Source: a virus. Taken from it: a stretch of DNA of 64,000 bases. Position 1 is the stretch's first letter, and each line of letters begins with the position of its first letter. The stretch is taken from positions 32,001 to 96,000 of the IMG/VR virus record IMGVR_UViG_3300008266_000033, one strand, 5' to 3'. The translations under genes and the position numbers were made by a program. Positions 49,306-57,894 of this stretch are shown in pieces. The notes under the pieces were generated by a model. That model saw only the letters and a program-made list of their open reading frames with translations. It searched no databases and had not been told where the DNA came from.

Positions 49306-49590
49306 TCACTTTTTTGATACCTTTGTTGTATATGTTGGTTTTTCTTTAGGGATGATGTTATCTGCTTTAGCCTGTTTTAAAACAGATATTGATTTATTTA
49401 CTACATCTTCGGTGTCGTCCTTAGAATACTTCGTTTTATAATGTTGATATATTTTATTATAAGTGAATTTTCTTAACCAAATGGGCATGTTATAAACTGT
49501 TTCAAAATTATAACCTCCCTGTCCCCAAAAAACTATTTCATGTATTTCGGAAAATAAAAAATCTCTATACTCAGGCGTCAGGCCAAAAAA
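49306..49590 (-). CDS. Tail assembly chaperone frameshift extension (GT-like)
   Basis: Open +1 frame from the U7 run: FFGLTPEYRDFLFSEIHEIVFWGQGGY...MPIWLRKF. Confidence 0.6.
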   Translation of the reverse strand, partial: FFGLTPEYRDFLFSEIHEIVFWGQGGYNFETVYNMPIWLRKFTYNKIYQHYKTKYSKDDTEDVVNKSISVLKQAKADNIIPKEKPTYTTKVSKK

Positions 49591-50332
49591 AGTTAAGAGT
49601 AATTGGTACGTTGATGTCCTCCTCTACACCGCTTTCGAATTGATAAGTATATTTTAAGTCTATTCCTGGGGATATTGTAGCTACATATTCTCTAAATGCT
49701 TTGGCATCTCGAGCTAATAAACCATTGTTAATAAAATTATTTATAGTTTCTGGTGAACTATCTCCATTAACTGAGATTATCATGTGTCTAAGTCTAGTAA
49801 CTAGTTCAAAATTATCTTTAGGATTAATTTTCTTTAATCCTTTGATTTCTTTATCTATATTTTGTTCATCTTTATTAGTTAATAACTTAAATGTTATTTT
49901 ATTATTTGTATTAGGAAGTTTAAAACTAAATTCATTTCTTCCTGGTGAAACTAAATTATCAACAACAAGAGATTTTTCTTTTAGTTGAGTTAAATCTACA
50001 GTAACTTTCTCTGTAGAACTATTAGCATAAGAATAATAACTAAAAGTATAGTCTTTTCCATATCCTAAAATTCTAGCAGATAACATTAAAAGATCTTTAT
50101 CACCTATCAAAAGATCATCATAATTGAATTTAGTCACCACCATTGATTGGAGTAATTTATCAATTACTATCCCCTGTTCAATATAGTTTCTGTTAGTTAA
50201 AATATCTTCTTCCCTAGCAGTCATGTATTTCATTTCTACTTTTCCGGATGCTAAAGGAGAATCTGGTGGGTAAAGTAAACCCTTAGAGGGTAATTCAATT
50301 ATTTCCGTTGGGAAATTAAAATTTGATTCCAT
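49571..50332 (-). CDS. Tail assembly chaperone/baseplate hub assembly protein (gp26-like)
   Basis: LPSKG..YP, MTAREEDIL, GD...L...R, ends FFWPDA; between tube and tape measure. Confidence 0.75.
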   Translation of the reverse strand: MESNFNFPTEIIELPSKGLLYPPDSPLASGKVEMKYMTAREEDILTNRNYIEQGIVIDKLLQSMVVTKFNYDDLLIGDKDLLMLSARILGYGKDYTFSYYSYANSSTEKVTVDLTQLKEKSLVVDNLVSPGRNEFSFKLPNTNNKITFKLLTNKDEQNIDKEIKGLKKINPKDNFELVTRLRHMIISVNGDSSPETINNFINNGLLARDAKAFREYVATISPGIDLKYTYQFESGVEEDINVPITLNFFWPDA

Positions 50333-50392
50333 TTAATATAACTTTTTTAAATTAAAGATTGTTATTTTATTATAAATATCATAAAAAAAATA

Positions 50393-50421
50393 AAAAAAGG
50401 CTCGGGACATCCAAGCCTTTT
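50393..50421 (-). terminator. Probable intrinsic terminator after the tail tube gene
   Basis: AAAAGGCT...AGCCTTTT stem with a minus-strand U run. Confidence 0.55.
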
Positions 50422-50438
50422 AAAATTTTTTAAATTTA

Positions 50439-50927
50439 TTAGAAGTTTAGTACACAGTAATCAGGTTGAACTGTCATAGTAATACTCTGAGCAGCAGATT
50501 CATTATCATAGCTATATTCACCAAAGTTAGCTTCAGTGATTAAAGCTCCTTTAATAATCCATTCAGAAACAATATCTCCTACAGGACCTAATACGTTAAA
50601 AGTAAGATCTCTTTTATAGAAGTCCGAATACCCATCTCTACCTGTTACAGATTCATGATGTAAACGTACCCATTCCATTACTGCTTGAGCACCAGATGGT
50701 GTAATAGGATCAAATAGTGTAAAAGTAATTGTACCCCATTTAGATTTACCCTTAACAAATCTTTGAATGTTTATATGGTTAAGAGCAATTGATTCTTGAG
50801 TTAATGTAATAGCACTTACTCCTTTAATTATATATGAAGGAATACCTCCAATATACATAACAAATCTGTTTTGCTGTTTGGGTTCAAATGGAGTAAAAAA
50901 TATTTCGTTTGGATTTAAAATTGCCAT
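50439..50927 (-). CDS. Tail tube protein (gp19-like)
   Basis: FEPKQQNRF, W..ITFTLFDPI, QAVMEW, YKRD, GP.G..V.EW. Confidence 0.88.
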   Translation of the reverse strand: MAILNPNEIFFTPFEPKQQNRFVMYIGGIPSYIIKGVSAITLTQESIALNHINIQRFVKGKSKWGTITFTLFDPITPSGAQAVMEWVRLHHESVTGRDGYSDFYKRDLTFNVLGPVGDIVSEWIIKGALITEANFGEYSYDNESAAQSITMTVQPDYCVLNF

Positions 50928-50965
50928 GTCTTTTTATTATTTTTTATTATAAATATCAATTTTTT

Positions 50966-50997
50966 AAAAAAGGGGTGGGTTATTAATCCACCCCTTT
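50966..50997 (-). terminator. Intrinsic terminator after the sheath gene
   Basis: AAAGGGGTGG-gttattaat-CCACCCCTTT. Confidence 0.75.
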
Positions 50998-51004
50998 AAA
51001 AATT

Positions 51005-53074
51005 TTAATCAAAAGTTACTCCAGTTGGTGTGATGTTGAATGTTAAGTAAATAAATTCAGCTGTTTTAGTTGGTTGTAAATAAATTTGACCAACTAACTG
51101 ATTTCTATCTATCACATCTGGTGTATTGTTTGAATCATCCATTACTATTCTAAAAGCATATAATCCTTGACGTTGTTGAACACTTGCTAAATATGGATCA
51201 ACTTGAGATAAGAAACTATTTCTTGTAGCTATAGTATTTTGTTCAAACACTAATGTATTAGCTACTTGAGAAATATATGATTTAAGAGCAATTAATAAAC
51301 GACGAACATTTACTCTATCAAGTGCTGAGGCTTTTAATTGTAAGGTTTTCTGACCATATACCACAATACCTTGTCCTGGGAATGTTGCAATTGGATTTAC
51401 TTTATTTTGGTATAAGTTATCACGAGTTGATTGAGATAATTTTTGTTCAACTCTAATTACAGTTGATAAACCACCTCTATTAATGCCTGCAGGAGCAAAC
51501 CAAGGTTCAGCAATGTAGTCATTATTTGAATACACACCAGCAATCATAGTTGAAGCAGGTACCCAAACATTTTTACCTGTTGCTGGGTCAACTATTTGAC
51601 ACCATGGCCAATAAGCAGCAGCATATGATGTATCTCTAGATGATGCTTGTGAAATAACTTCTTGAGCAGTTGAAGCATATCCAACTAAATCTACTACATA
51701 TATATTATCTCCTCTTTCTTGAGTATTATTTATAATTGTAGATATTTTGGAAGTATGAGTTGTGAATTCATCTATTAATCCTGGGGTGAATAATATGTTG
51801 AATCTATAATCATCTTGATTTGATAATAGATTAATCATATTAGTATAATTAGCTGCTACTAATCCTTGAGAATTATTTTCTTCAATTTCATTCCAAAATT
51901 TAGTCCCTGCTTTTACATCACCCGTAGCTCCAGTAAATGAACCACTTTGAGCAATAGGAAGTGAAGCTGTATATTGAGATTTAAATTGTCCATTATTGTC
52001 AAAATAATTTGGAGTTAATTGATTAACTGATTTAACTCTTATATATCTACTTCCATTTGGATAGGAACCACTTAATTCAATTTGATTAGTTGAAGGATTG
52101 TAATTATAAATATAATCACCTATTACTTTAGAAATATAATTAGAAGTAAAAGGATCTAATGATACAGTAAAAGTTTCTAATACTGTTGGGGAATTAGTAA
52201 CATCATCTCCTTGTCTAATTAATATTGTAAATTGACCTGAAGAAGATACTGGGTTAATGATTTGCCATCTTATGTTATTAACTGAGCCGCTTACTAAAGC
52301 ACCAGCACTATCTTCACTTCCTGAGCTATTCATAATAACTCCTTCAGAGATAGTTTCTAATACAAATGATGGTTGATTTGTTCCTCCTGTAAACGATACT
52401 GTAGTACTTCCTGAAATAAATGAATATGTATTTCCTGTTAATCCGTTTACTCCAGTAGTTGAGTTAAATAAAATTCCTGTAGAAGCAGAAACACTTGAGG
52501 TAATGTATTGTAAAGAAGTATTATAAGGAGATACAGAAGCACTAGCATTAAATGCGGCAACTACAGCTGTTGTTGTGTTTGCAGCAGATGAACCAGATGA
52601 TACATAAATTGCAGTACTAGTATTAGTTGGTAATGAACTTCCTGTTACAGTAAATGTAATTCCTCTAACACTAAATGATGCTGAACCAACTGAAGCAGCA
52701 CCGGTATGAAGATAAGTAAATTCTGCATTAGCTGATGCTGTAGTAGCTAAAATATTACTATTAATAGTAGTAGAAATTGCAGGAGAATATGAACCAGAAA
52801 CTACTCTTGCTACTAATAATGATAAGCCATTATTATTAAAATAATTATAAGCGGCAATAGAAGTAAAATAAGAATACGTATCACTTCCGCTTAATAATAC
52901 ATCCCCAAATTTACTAACATAGTCACTATAAGAAGTTACTATAGTAGGTAATTCAACAGGTCCTTTAACTGTAGGTCCGATAATAGCGGCTCCTACAGTT
53001 ACTGGTTGTTGTCTGATAAAAGACTGGTCGTTTTCTATTGCTAAAACACCAGGTGATAATAAAACGTTAGCCAT
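51005..53074 (-). CDS. Tail sheath protein (gp18-like)
   Basis: SPGV, WFAPAGINRG, VNPI, GQKTLQ, DRVNVRRLL, FEQN, P.KTAEFI. Confidence 0.95.
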   Translation of the reverse strand: MANVLLSPGVLAIENDQSFIRQQPVTVGAAIIGPTVKGPVELPTIVTSYSDYVSKFGDVLLSGSDTYSYFTSIAAYNYFNNNGLSLLVARVVSGSYSPAISTTINSNILATTASANAEFTYLHTGAASVGSASFSVRGITFTVTGSSLPTNTSTAIYVSSGSSAANTTTAVVAAFNASASVSPYNTSLQYITSSVSASTGILFNSTTGVNGLTGNTYSFISGSTTVSFTGGTNQPSFVLETISEGVIMNSSGSEDSAGALVSGSVNNIRWQIINPVSSSGQFTILIRQGDDVTNSPTVLETFTVSLDPFTSNYISKVIGDYIYNYNPSTNQIELSGSYPNGSRYIRVKSVNQLTPNYFDNNGQFKSQYTASLPIAQSGSFTGATGDVKAGTKFWNEIEENNSQGLVAANYTNMINLLSNQDDYRFNILFTPGLIDEFTTHTSKISTIINNTQERGDNIYVVDLVGYASTAQEVISQASSRDTSYAAAYWPWCQIVDPATGKNVWVPASTMIAGVYSNNDYIAEPWFAPAGINRGGLSTVIRVEQKLSQSTRDNLYQNKVNPIATFPGQGIVVYGQKTLQLKASALDRVNVRRLLIALKSYISQVANTLVFEQNTIATRNSFLSQVDPYLASVQQRQGLYAFRIVMDDSNNTPDVIDRNQLVGQIYLQPTKTAEFIYLTFNITPTGVTFD

Positions 53075-53131
53075 ATTTTATTTAATTTTTTTAAGTTTTG
53101 TTATAAATATGGCAACCCTTTGCGAAAAACT

Positions 53132-53383
53132 TTATTGAGAAGATATAAACTCGCCTTTAGCTAAATCTATAGAACCTTCACCATATTTTTCTTGTAATGT
53201 TTTTGCTAAATTTATCTCAGTTTGTTTTAAATTAAGTATTTGTTTTTTTAAACTTTCTTTTTCTAATTCAATTTGATGAAATTGAAATTCACATTGTCCG
53301 AATTTAATAATTAATTCAGAACGTTTTTGTTCTAAATTTTTTAATTGAGAGATCTCTTCTTGTGTTAAAACTTTTGTTGTCAT
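53132..53383 (-). CDS. Small coiled-coil protein (possible fibre chaperone)
   Basis: Heptad-rich 83 aa ending KYGEGSIDL..GEF. Confidence 0.55.
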   Translation of the reverse strand: MTTKVLTQEEISQLKNLEQKRSELIIKFGQCEFQFHQIELEKESLKKQILNLKQTEINLAKTLQEKYGEGSIDLAKGEFISSQ

Positions 53384-53396
53384 AAATTTTTATTTG

Positions 53397-55031
53397 TTAA
53401 TTAAATGATGATGAACGCCAAGCGGTTCCATTATAAATATATAAAAGATTTGTAGAAGGGTTAAAATACATAGAACCTGTTTTAGGAGAGGATGGGTTGT
53501 TTGTATTGGTTGGTATCATAATAGAGCCTGATAAATTAGTATCTACATCTACTGTAAAACCATCTTTTCTAGTAGTATTATTACCTATACCAACTATGAA
53601 TGAAGAACTAACATTACCTTGAACATTATAAGAACCAAATACTGTTTGGCTTGAGCCCGAGGCTATTGTGTTAAATCCCCCAGCATGTGAATAATCTCCT
53701 AATGCTATTGTTCCAGTTCCTTCGGCGTGTGAATAATCTCCTATTGCTTGAGTACCAAATCCTTCAGCATGTGAACCATCTCCTGTTGTTGCAGAGCCTT
53801 TTCCTTCAGCATGTGAGTAAGCTCCATTTGTTGTAGTAGCTTCTCCTTCGGCATGTGAACGAAGACCTATTGCTAAAGTACTGTATCCTTCAGCATGTGA
53901 ATAATCTCCTCTTGCTTCTGTACCAGTTCCTTCAGCATGTGAATAATCTCCTCTTGCTTCTGTACCAGTTCCTTCAGCATGTGAATTAATACCCGTTGCT
54001 AAAGTATTATATCCTTCGGCATGTGAATAATTACCAAATGATATTGTATTTTCTCCTTCAGCGTGTGAAAATGCTCCTATTGCTATTGTAGCAGATCCTT
54101 CAGCATGAGACCAATCTGCTAATGTTACTGTATTACCTCCTTCAGCATGTGAATAGGATCCTAATGTAAGACTAGTATTTCCTTCAGCATGTGAATAAGC
54201 TGCAGATGATATTGTTTGATCACCTGTCCAATTTTTTACTCCATATATTAAATCACCTACATAAGCTGTAGTTGTATTAATTAAAGAAGTATATAATTCA
54301 ATTATTGTTTCTGTAGTATAATATGATTGACTTATTTTAAATGATGTTATTCCATAATTATTATCAAATAGGGCATCATATACTAACAATTGATTATTTG
54401 TAATAAACTCACCACTAACATCTCCATAAGCCGCAGATAATGTTACTATGCCACTTGATATTGATGCTGAGTATGCGGTGTTTGTGCCTGTGAGAGAGGA
54501 TCTTCCTTCGGCATGTGAATAATCTCCTAAAGTTAATGTTAATCCTCCTTCTGCATGTGAGTAAGAGCCTGAAGCTATTGTACTATTTCCTTCAGTATGA
54601 GAATAATTTCCAAAAGCTACTGTTGATGATCCTTCAGCATGTGACCAATGTCCTTTAGCTTGAGCATCATTTCCTTCAGCATGTGATGCATCTCCTATTG
54701 CATCTGTATCTGCTCCTTGAGCAAAAGAATATTGACCTGATGCTACAACATTTGTATCTCCAAATTGTAAAGATTGACTAGCTGCTATAAATGTAAAACT
54801 AACATCTCCACCAAATGCTCCTCCATTATTGAATTGAACTTGTGTATTTGAACCACCTGGTGTTCCACTACCACCTCCACCTACTGCGGTTGAAGTAGTA
54901 TAACTAATGACACCTGAAGCAGAATTATAAACTAATATATTAGTTAATGATGATGCTGTGGGTAAATTATTTAATAATAAAGAAGCTGTTGAACTTCCAC
55001 TAATTATAATATCTGATGTTATTAATCCCAT
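53397..55031 (-). CDS. Tail fibre/adhesin with YadA-head-like 14-aa SHAEG repeats (start likely MGLITS at 55031)
   Basis: About 20 SHAEG-type repeats; C-terminal GSMYFN...LYIYNGTAW. Confidence 0.8.
   Translation of the reverse strand: MGLITSDIIISGSSTASLLLNNLPTASSLTNILVYNSASGVISYTTSTAVGGGGSGTPGGSNTQVQFNNGGAFGGDVSFTFIAASQSLQFGDTNVVASGQYSFAQGADTDAIGDASHAEGNDAQAKGHWSHAEGSSTVAFGNYSHTEGNSTIASGSYSHAEGGLTLTLGDYSHAEGRSSLTGTNTAYSASISSGIVTLSAAYGDVSGEFITNNQLLVYDALFDNNYGITSFKISQSYYTTETIIELYTSLINTTTAYVGDLIYGVKNWTGDQTISSAAYSHAEGNTSLTLGSYSHAEGGNTVTLADWSHAEGSATIAIGAFSHAEGENTISFGNYSHAEGYNTLATGINSHAEGTGTEARGDYSHAEGTGTEARGDYSHAEGYSTLAIGLRSHAEGEATTTNGAYSHAEGKGSATTGDGSHAEGFGTQAIGDYSHAEGTGTIALGDYSHAGGFNTIASGSSQTVFGSYNVQGNVSSSFIVGIGNNTTRKDGFTVDVDTNLSGSIMIPTNTNNPSSPKTGSMYFNPSTNLLYIYNGTAWRSSSFN
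53886..53986. repeat. Exact 42-bp tandem repeat (about 2.4 copies) within the SHAEG array
   Basis: tccttcagcatgtgaataatctcctcttgcttctgtaccagt twice plus a partial copy. Confidence 0.9.
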
Positions 55032-55050
55032 TTTTTCATTTATTTTTTTA

Positions 55051-56715
55051 TTATGGTGTAACAGTTGTTCCTCCTGAATATGAGGTTCCATTCCATTTTT
55101 GGATAACTAAATTTGCACCTGATGGAGCTATTCTCCAACTACCTACTGATCCACTAGCTCCTAAATATATAGCACAGTCATTTGATGTATTAGTAGATCC
55201 ACTAGTTATTGTTAAACTTCCTGAAGTTACAATACTTCCTGAATTTGATAATATACCAGAAGGTACATCTAATGTCATTTTTTTAGTAGTTGAACCTAAA
55301 GTAAAACCACTATCATAATGCCATTCAAATGAACTAGCTGCAGAAGTATTAAGAATTGAATTAATATATTTTATTGGTCTGTTTACATCTCCTGTAGAAA
55401 TAGGATATACTGAAAAATTAGTACCTCCTGCAAAATAAGTATTAATAGTACTACTTTTTGGTAATGTTACTATTGCTGCTCTTGAACCAGTAATTCCATT
55501 TCCTGCATCAACTTGAAAAGTAGTATATGCTGAGGATCCATTGTTTGTATTAACAATATCTGCTGATTGAAGACTATTTTGATTAGCAGTAATATTTAAT
55601 GAACCAGTTATTATAGCTGAACCTGTTACTATTAATGAACCTGTTAATCTTGCAGTATTGTTTGTATAATTAAATGTAAAATTACCTGAACCGCTAAAAG
55701 CTGATCCACTATTAAATTGGATTTGAGTATCTGAACCACCAGGTGTAGTTGATGGTCCACCACCAGATCCAGTTGCAACTGTTAAGCTAAATTGATTACC
55801 ATTGCCTTTTGTGAATGTAATTGTATTCGAGCTTACAGAAGCTGTTAAAAGAGCTGTAAGAGCATAAGAAGATGTCGTTGCAAAAGATGCTGTTCCTAAT
55901 AATGAACCAGTAGCAATTAAATTTTCTAATGTTAATTGTCCGTTTATATTATTATAAGAACTACTAACTACCCCACCAAAAAGACCACCTCCTGCATTGT
56001 ATTGAAGACTATTTATGGGGGCAGATGATGCCCCAGATCCTGTTTTAGCTAATAAAGCTATAACTCCTGGTGTTGCATAACTTACCTCTAGGGTAGCTAT
56101 ATTTGAAGAAGATATATTGATATATGAAGCACTGATTGCTTGAGAGGCTGATTGAGCCCATGAAGAAGTTCCTAATAATGAACCTGTAAATGATCCAGTA
56201 AATGAACCTGTTGCTCTTAATCCAAATGAAGAACTATAAACTAAATCAGGTACCCCTCCAAAAGCACTTCCACTATTATATTGAATTTCTGTTGGATTAC
56301 CACCAGGTGTTGTTGGGCTTCCGCCACCTCCACCAGAACCTGTAGTATGGACTACACCAGTTGTAGTATCAACTACTAAAAATTTAGTTCCTGATGATTT
56401 ATCAATTAATGAACCTGTTATAATAACATTACTACCTGAAACTACTAAAGCGTAATTTGAAGGATTTCCCATTTTAATTTGATTATCGGAAAATACTTCT
56501 AATATAGATAAACCAGATATATTATTTACAGAAAATAATGAACCTGATAAGTTGTCCATTATTTTTAGAATTGAACCTGTAGTACCTACAAAATTTACTG
56601 AACCTGAAGGTTCAACTAATAAAACTATAGGGTTAGCTGCACTACCACTAAATTGCATTAATGATTGGCTAGGGATTATAAATATATCGTTGTTAGTATT
56701 CGATTGTAATGACAT
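55051..56715 (-). CDS. Ser/Gly/Thr-rich tail fibre-like structural protein
   Basis: GG..T.IQ.N.G..F.G modules, TGSFTGSFTGS, TASF. Confidence 0.65.
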   Translation of the reverse strand: MSLQSNTNNDIFIIPSQSLMQFSGSAANPIVLLVEPSGSVNFVGTTGSILKIMDNLSGSLFSVNNISGLSILEVFSDNQIKMGNPSNYALVVSGSNVIITGSLIDKSSGTKFLVVDTTTGVVHTTGSGGGGGSPTTPGGNPTEIQYNSGSAFGGVPDLVYSSSFGLRATGSFTGSFTGSLLGTSSWAQSASQAISASYINISSSNIATLEVSYATPGVIALLAKTGSGASSAPINSLQYNAGGGLFGGVVSSSYNNINGQLTLENLIATGSLLGTASFATTSSYALTALLTASVSSNTITFTKGNGNQFSLTVATGSGGGPSTTPGGSDTQIQFNSGSAFSGSGNFTFNYTNNTARLTGSLIVTGSAIITGSLNITANQNSLQSADIVNTNNGSSAYTTFQVDAGNGITGSRAAIVTLPKSSTINTYFAGGTNFSVYPISTGDVNRPIKYINSILNTSAASSFEWHYDSGFTLGSTTKKMTLDVPSGILSNSGSIVTSGSLTITSGSTNTSNDCAIYLGASGSVGSWRIAPSGANLVIQKWNGTSYSGGTTVTP

Positions 56716-56736
56716 ATTATTATTTTGTTATAAATA

Positions 56737-57894
56737 TTATAAGGTTTGCCAAGGTCTAAATCTGTATCGATGAGCAAAATAATTTTGTTCTACTTCTTGT
56801 GGGGTTAATGCTCTGTTATAGACTTGAAATAAATAAAAATAGGCATCTGATTGGTATGCAGTTCCTAAAGCAGATGCTGGAGTAGGTCCATTTATTGATC
56901 CTTCTAATTGTCTATCAGTAGCACCAACCCAAGCACCTAAAGATAGTGCTGAATTACTTCCTAGATAATTTCCAGTAGTGCTAGCTCCTGAAACTGTATC
57001 CCCAACTGTTTTATATCCATTTACATAAAGTTTAACTCTTCCATTATTTGCAGGTTGAGTATAATCAAATGTTATACATACATTTATGGGTTCTTTATCA
57101 GGAATAGTATATTGAGTATTAGTAATAATAATAGGTCTTCTTGTTGTTCCTCCTATAGATTGAGGATTTTCACTAAATTCAGCTCTTATATAATATGGAT
57201 TAGTAGTAACATTGGGTAAAGGAGTATCAGTAGTTTTATCCCATGCTGAAGGGAAAAATAAACCTATATAAAAATGTCTGTTTTCTCCTAAATTACTACC
57301 TATCCATCCTGGTCCTGATTCTACTATAATATTATCAGCATATTTAGCTACTAACATTGGAAAATTTCTACGAGGAAACCAATCTCTACTAGTAAGACCA
57401 CTAGATATACTTTGGGCTATTTGTTTAGAATAATCTATTTCAAACCACAAGTTTATAGTAAAAGTAGGAGAAGTTCCTGTAGCTATATTTCCTCCTCCTC
57501 CTTGTGTGGTTCCTTTAATTGAACCTGTTCCTACAAATACATTATCTAATATTTTTCCAAAATTAACGAATGAACTACTCATAGGAGTATTTAAATCAGT
57601 TCCAGGGATTACATAACTTGAACTAGCTTTTATATGAATTCTTCCTTGATCTATAGAATCCCATGAAGGAACTACTGCTACTGAACCAGATAAACTACCA
57701 CTATAATTATTTTTAGTTAAATCATACCATATATCTCCTGAGCCTGGATAGCTTAAAGGATTAGCAGCATCTACATATAATACTAAACCATCGGAAACTT
57801 GTTTAGGTCCATATGCTACTGATCCTGAGTGATTACTAAATAGACCACCAGAGGTAATTAAAACACTACCTGAGGCTGATGAAACTATAGACAT
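56737..57894 (-). CDS. LamG/concanavalin A-like virion protein
   Basis: DGLVLYVDAAN..SYPGSG..WYDL, KLYVNG, VYNRALT..EV.QNY. Confidence 0.75.
   Translation of the reverse strand: MSIVSSASGSVLITSGGLFSNHSGSVAYGPKQVSDGLVLYVDAANPLSYPGSGDIWYDLTKNNYSGSLSGSVAVVPSWDSIDQGRIHIKASSSYVIPGTDLNTPMSSSFVNFGKILDNVFVGTGSIKGTTQGGGGNIATGTSPTFTINLWFEIDYSKQIAQSISSGLTSRDWFPRRNFPMLVAKYADNIIVESGPGWIGSNLGENRHFYIGLFFPSAWDKTTDTPLPNVTTNPYYIRAEFSENPQSIGGTTRRPIIITNTQYTIPDKEPINVCITFDYTQPANNGRVKLYVNGYKTVGDTVSGASTTGNYLGSNSALSLGAWVGATDRQLEGSINGPTPASALGTAYQSDAYFYLFQVYNRALTPQEVEQNYFAHRYRFRPWQTL

Noticed and set aside
53690-54700. CRISPR-like periodic repeat (ccttcagcatgtga, 42-nt period)
   Set aside because: It is an in-frame coding SHAEG repeat with synonymous variation; there are no cas genes apart from a standalone Cas4-like nuclease far away.
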